DNA of 29,038 nt, taken from Minisyncoccota bacterium (lineage in GTDB: Bacteria; Patescibacteriota; Minisyncoccia; Phycocordibacterales; UBA9973). The stretch is taken from positions 1 to 29,038 of the forward strand of contig JBAYKO010000009.1 of NCBI GenBank assembly GCA_041664605.1, written 5' to 3'. Positions within the stretch are counted from its first letter, which is position 1; each line of letters begins with the position of its first letter. Shown in pieces: positions 25,723-29,038 of this stretch. The position numbers were made by a program, and so were the translations under genes. The notes beneath the pieces were generated by a model. It did no database searches. It was not told where the DNA came from and saw only the letters and a list, made by a program, of their open reading frames with translations.

Positions 25723-25751
25723 CTAATTACCTCGGAGTCGAGGTATTTTTT

Positions 25752-27536
25752 ATGGAAATCAGAAATATAGCTATAATTGCACACGTCGATCACGGAAAAA
25801 CCACACTAACAGATGCGCTTTTAAGACAAACCGGAGCAGCTGAAGAGGGAATTTCTATGGATTCAAATGCGCTTGAACTAGAGCGTGGTATTACCATTTA
25901 TTCTAAAAATGCTGCAATTTTTTATAAAGGAACAAAAATAAACATTGTTGATACCCCAGGGCACTCTGATTTTGGATCAGAAGTGGAACGTGTTTTAAGA
26001 TCAATTGATTCAGTTCTTTTGGTTGTTGATGCACAAGAAGGTCCAATGCCTCAAACTAGATTCGTTTTAAAAAAATCACTCGAGCTTGGTCTTAAACCAA
26101 TTGTTGTTATAAATAAAATTGATAAATCGGCAGCAGATCCAGATAGGTGCGAAGAACAAGTTTTAGAATTATTTTTAGAATTGGGGGCTAATGATGAACA
26201 AGCAAATTTTCCAGTCGTTTACTCTATTGGAAGAATGGGGATTGCTAAGAAAAAACTAGAAGATGACTCTAATAATTTAACACCACTACTTGATACCATT
26301 ATTTCTTACGTACCGTTCGTTAAAAAAGATTTAAAAAATAATACTTTAAAATTACAACCATTTAACCTGGGTTACGATAATTTTATGGGTCGTCTTGCTA
26401 TTGGGCGAATTTATGAAGGAACAGTAGAACTAGGAAATGTTTTTATAAAAAAACCAGACAGCGAGACTCGTTTGGGAAAAATCACAAAAATTTTCACTTT
26501 TGATGGATTAAAAAGAGTTGAAGTAAAAAAGGCTGTAGCAGGGGACATTGTTCTTCTTGCTGGATTACCAGACATTTTTATTGGAGAAACTATAACAACA
26601 GACGATAAAATAGAACCATTACCAGCTATTTCTATTGATGAACCAACAATCAAACTTAATTTTTTGGTTAATAATTCTCCTTTTGCTGGGAAAGAAGGTA
26701 AATTTGTAACATCAAGACAAATCAGAGAAAGATTAGAAAGAGAACTAGAAATGAATGTTGGGCTTCGTATTGAATTTGGAGCAAGTGATACTTTTTCTGT
26801 TTCAGGGAGAGGGGAACTTCATATTGCTATACTTCTTGAAAATATGAGACGTGAAGGTTTTGAATTACAAGTGTCTCAGCCTCAAGTTATTATTCATGAA
26901 GAAAATGGAAAAAAGACAGAACCGTTTGAAGAAGTAGTAATAGATATACCAAGTGAATTTCAAGGAATTATTATTGAGCGTCTTTCTACTCGTGGTTTTG
27001 TGATTCAGAATATGAAAAATGTTGATGAAATAATCAGAATAATTTTAGAAGGGCCAACACGGGGACTTTTGGGATATAGAAATCAATTTATTGTTGATAC
27101 AAAAGGATTGGGAATTTTATCATCAAGATTTATAGGTTTCAGACCTTATGCTGGTGAAATAAAAAGAAAACAAGTTGGTTCTATGATTTCTATGGCAGGA
27201 GGCAAGGCGCTTGGTTATGCACTTTGGAATTTACAAGAGAGAGGTGTTTTATATGTTTCTCCGAATACAGAAGTTTATGAAGGAATGGTTATTGGTAACA
27301 CTTCAAAAGGAGAAGAAATGAGTGTAAATCCAACAAAAGGAAAAAACTTAACAAATGTGCGTTCATCTGGTAATGATGAGGCCATCAACCTTGTCCCAGC
27401 TTTTAAATTAACTATTGAAAGAGGACTTGAAGTAATGGCTGAAGATGAATATTTGGAGATTACTCCACACAGTGTTCGTTTGAGAAAACAACAACTTTCA
27501 GAACTAGAAAGAACAAGAGCCAGAAGACAATCCTAA
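25752..27536 (+). CDS. typA: translational GTPase TypA/BipA
   Basis: [22 protein letters not shown] motifs, then an EF-G-like domain arrangement and the characteristic TypA C-terminal domain; 594 aa. Confidence 0.9.
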   Translation: MEIRNIAIIAHVDHGKTTLTDALLRQTGAAEEGISMDSNALELERGITIYSKNAAIFYKGTKINIVDTPGHSDFGSEVERVLRSIDSVLLVVDAQEGPMPQTRFVLKKSLELGLKPIVVINKIDKSAADPDRCEEQVLELFLELGANDEQANFPVVYSIGRMGIAKKKLEDDSNNLTPLLDTIISYVPFVKKDLKNNTLKLQPFNLGYDNFMGRLAIGRIYEGTVELGNVFIKKPDSETRLGKITKIFTFDGLKRVEVKKAVAGDIVLLAGLPDIFIGETITTDDKIEPLPAISIDEPTIKLNFLVNNSPFAGKEGKFVTSRQIRERLERELEMNVGLRIEFGASDTFSVSGRGELHIAILLENMRREGFELQVSQPQVIIHEENGKKTEPFEEVVIDIPSEFQGIIIERLSTRGFVIQNMKNVDEIIRIILEGPTRGLLGYRNQFIVDTKGLGILSSRFIGFRPYAGEIKRKQVGSMISMAGGKALGYALWNLQERGVLYVSPNTEVYEGMVIGNTSKGEEMSVNPTKGKNLTNVRSSGNDEAINLVPAFKLTIERGLEVMAEDEYLEITPHSVRLRKQQLSELERTRARRQS

Positions 27537-27540
27537 TAAA

Positions 27541-27566
27541 AAGAGCCTCCTAGGGCTCTTTTTTAA
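27541..27566 (+). terminator. intrinsic terminator of typA
   Basis: AGAGCC-TCCTAG-GGCTCT followed by TTTTTT. Confidence 0.7.
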
Positions 27567-27595
27567 ATATTTTGGTATAATATAAAATAATAAAA

Positions 27596-29038
27596 ATGAG
27601 TGATTTAAGAAAAAAAATAGCAGATAAAATACTTCCTAATTTGAAGTTTTCAGCTGAAGACCTAGAAGAAAAGTACCCTAAAAGAAAACTAAAAGAAGGT
27701 GCTTGTGTTACAAGAATTGCACCTTCTCCAACTGGCTTTATGCATATTGGAAATGTTTTCAGTGCTATCATTAATGACAGAATTGCTCACCAAAGTGATG
27801 GTGTGATGTTTTCTAGAATCGAAGACACTGATCAAAAAAGAAAAGTTGAAGGGGCTGTTGATATTATTATAAATTTTCTTAATGAATTCAAAATAGATTT
27901 AGATGAGGGTGAAAAAAAAGATGGGGTAGAAACAGGAGAATATGGACCGTATCGACAAAGTGAAAGAATAGAAATTTATCAAACTTTTCTAAAATTTCTT
28001 TTAGAAAAAGGAGAAGCTTACCCTTGTTTTTGTTCTATTAAAGATTTAGAAGAAATGTCTAAAAAACAAGAAGAGGAAAAAATTCGTCCAGGATATCGTG
28101 GAGAGTGGGCTGTATGTAGAAATTTGGAGCATGAAAAAATTTGGGAGATGTTAAATAATGGGAAACCCTACGTTATTCGTTTTAAATCAGAAGGTAATTT
28201 TGAAAATAAAATTCCTGTTAAAGATTTGGTAAAAGGGGACAGAGAACTCTCTGAGAATGATTTAGATATTGTAATCCAAAAATCTGACGGTTTACCAACT
28301 TATCATTTTGCTCATGTCATTGACGACCATTTAATGAGAACTACACATGTTCTACGTGCAGATGAATGGTTTGCATCTTTACCTATTCATTTGCAATTAT
28401 TTGGTGCCTTAGGATGGCAAGCACCTAATTATGGACATATTTCACCTATTCAAAAAATGGACGGTGACTCGAGAAGAAAAATAAGCAAAAGACATGATCC
28501 GGAAGCTAGTGTTACTTATTATGACGAAGAAGGTTACCCGGTAGATGCAGTTATAGAATATCTACTCAATCTTGCAAATTCTGATTTTGAAGACTGGAGA
28601 AAGGAAAATCCCAAATTACTAAATAGAGAATTTCAATTAAAAATAGAGAGATTGAGTGGAAGTGGGGCTCTTTTTGATTTTCAAAAATTAAAAGATGTGA
28701 GTAAAGAAATTATTGCCAAAATGACAGCTAAGGAAGTAGTGGAAGAAAGTTTAAAATGGGCAAGAAAATATGATTTAGGGCTAGCAGGTCAACTTGAAAA
28801 TGATAAAAAATATTCTTTACAAATTTTTGATATTGAGCGTGGTGGAGATAAAAGTAGAAAAGATATTGCAAAATGGTCGGATGTTTTATATGAAATAGGT
28901 TATTTTTTTGATGAGATTTTTGATTCAGCTGAACTTTATTTTGATAAAATTTTATCAGGAATAGATAAAGATGATCAAAAATTGATTAAAGATAAATTTC
29001 TAGAAACATATGATGAAAAAGATTCAAAAGATGAATGG
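27596..29038 (+). CDS. gltX: glutamate--tRNA ligase (3'-partial, continues past window end)
   Basis: Class I HIGH-type motif PSPTGFMHIGNVFSA and a KMSKS-like KISKR. The frame is open to the window end and the gene is absent from the ORF track because it has no stop. Confidence 0.85.
   Translation, partial: MSDLRKKIADKILPNLKFSAEDLEEKYPKRKLKEGACVTRIAPSPTGFMHIGNVFSAIINDRIAHQSDGVMFSRIEDTDQKRKVEGAVDIIINFLNEFKIDLDEGEKKDGVETGEYGPYRQSERIEIYQTFLKFLLEKGEAYPCFCSIKDLEEMSKKQEEEKIRPGYRGEWAVCRNLEHEKIWEMLNNGKPYVIRFKSEGNFENKIPVKDLVKGDRELSENDLDIVIQKSDGLPTYHFAHVIDDHLMRTTHVLRADEWFASLPIHLQLFGALGWQAPNYGHISPIQKMDGDSRRKISKRHDPEASVTYYDEEGYPVDAVIEYLLNLANSDFEDWRKENPKLLNREFQLKIERLSGSGALFDFQKLKDVSKEIIAKMTAKEVVEESLKWARKYDLGLAGQLENDKKYSLQIFDIERGGDKSRKDIAKWSDVLYEIGYFFDEIFDSAELYFDKILSGIDKDDQKLIKDKFLETYDEKDSKDEW

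Noticed and set aside
27550-27771. Minus-strand ORF overlapping the typA terminator and the gltX start
   Set aside because: gltX (HIGH motif at its N-terminus) clearly occupies this region on the plus strand.
1-29038. Alternative genetic code (UGA recoding, as in some candidate phyla)
   Set aside because: Long ORFs are obtained with the standard code, and genes end in TAA or TGA with sensible C-termini and downstream terminators (for example the TGA of the solute-binding-protein gene overlapping the next ATG). There is no sign of in-frame UGA read-through.

Overview
This is an AT-rich (about 30% GC) bacterial window, read with the standard genetic code and densely packed with genes. It mixes conserved housekeeping genes with accessory, surface-associated islands. 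Coordinates I worked out by hand may be off by 1-2 nt.

Housekeeping genes: a 5'-truncated gyrA C-terminal domain, an rbfA-infB pair (infB unusually short), an IscS/NifS-type cysteine desulfurase, clpB, typA/bipA, a 3'-truncated gltX, and five tRNAs (Leu-UAG, Lys-CUU, Leu-UAA, Cys-GCA, Tyr-GUA).

Accessory regions:
- A tandem array of five small secreted two-helix proteins resembling the TrbC/VirB2-type (T4SS-pilin-like) family. The array is translationally coupled to a membrane-anchored solute-binding-protein-like gene.
- An SPFH/band-7 operon.
- A tRNA cluster riddled with partial tRNA-end duplications and a GC-rich roughly 33-bp repeat family.
- Three consecutive orphan small genes, each followed by an identical copy of a 25-nt terminator hairpin.
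- A histidine-free HtrA-like pseudoprotease.
- A 1202-aa surface protein with an internally repetitive multidomain architecture.
- Two adjacent secreted proteins carrying PG_binding_1-type domains, one with an HExxH zinc-peptidase motif.

A recurring cis element (a long-range stem whose 3' arm ends in GGG directly before an ATGA start) sits in front of three genes. Gene content and style suggest a Patescibacteria/CPR-like small-genome bacterium, but that is inference only. No transposase, integrase, CRISPR array or rRNA was seen.
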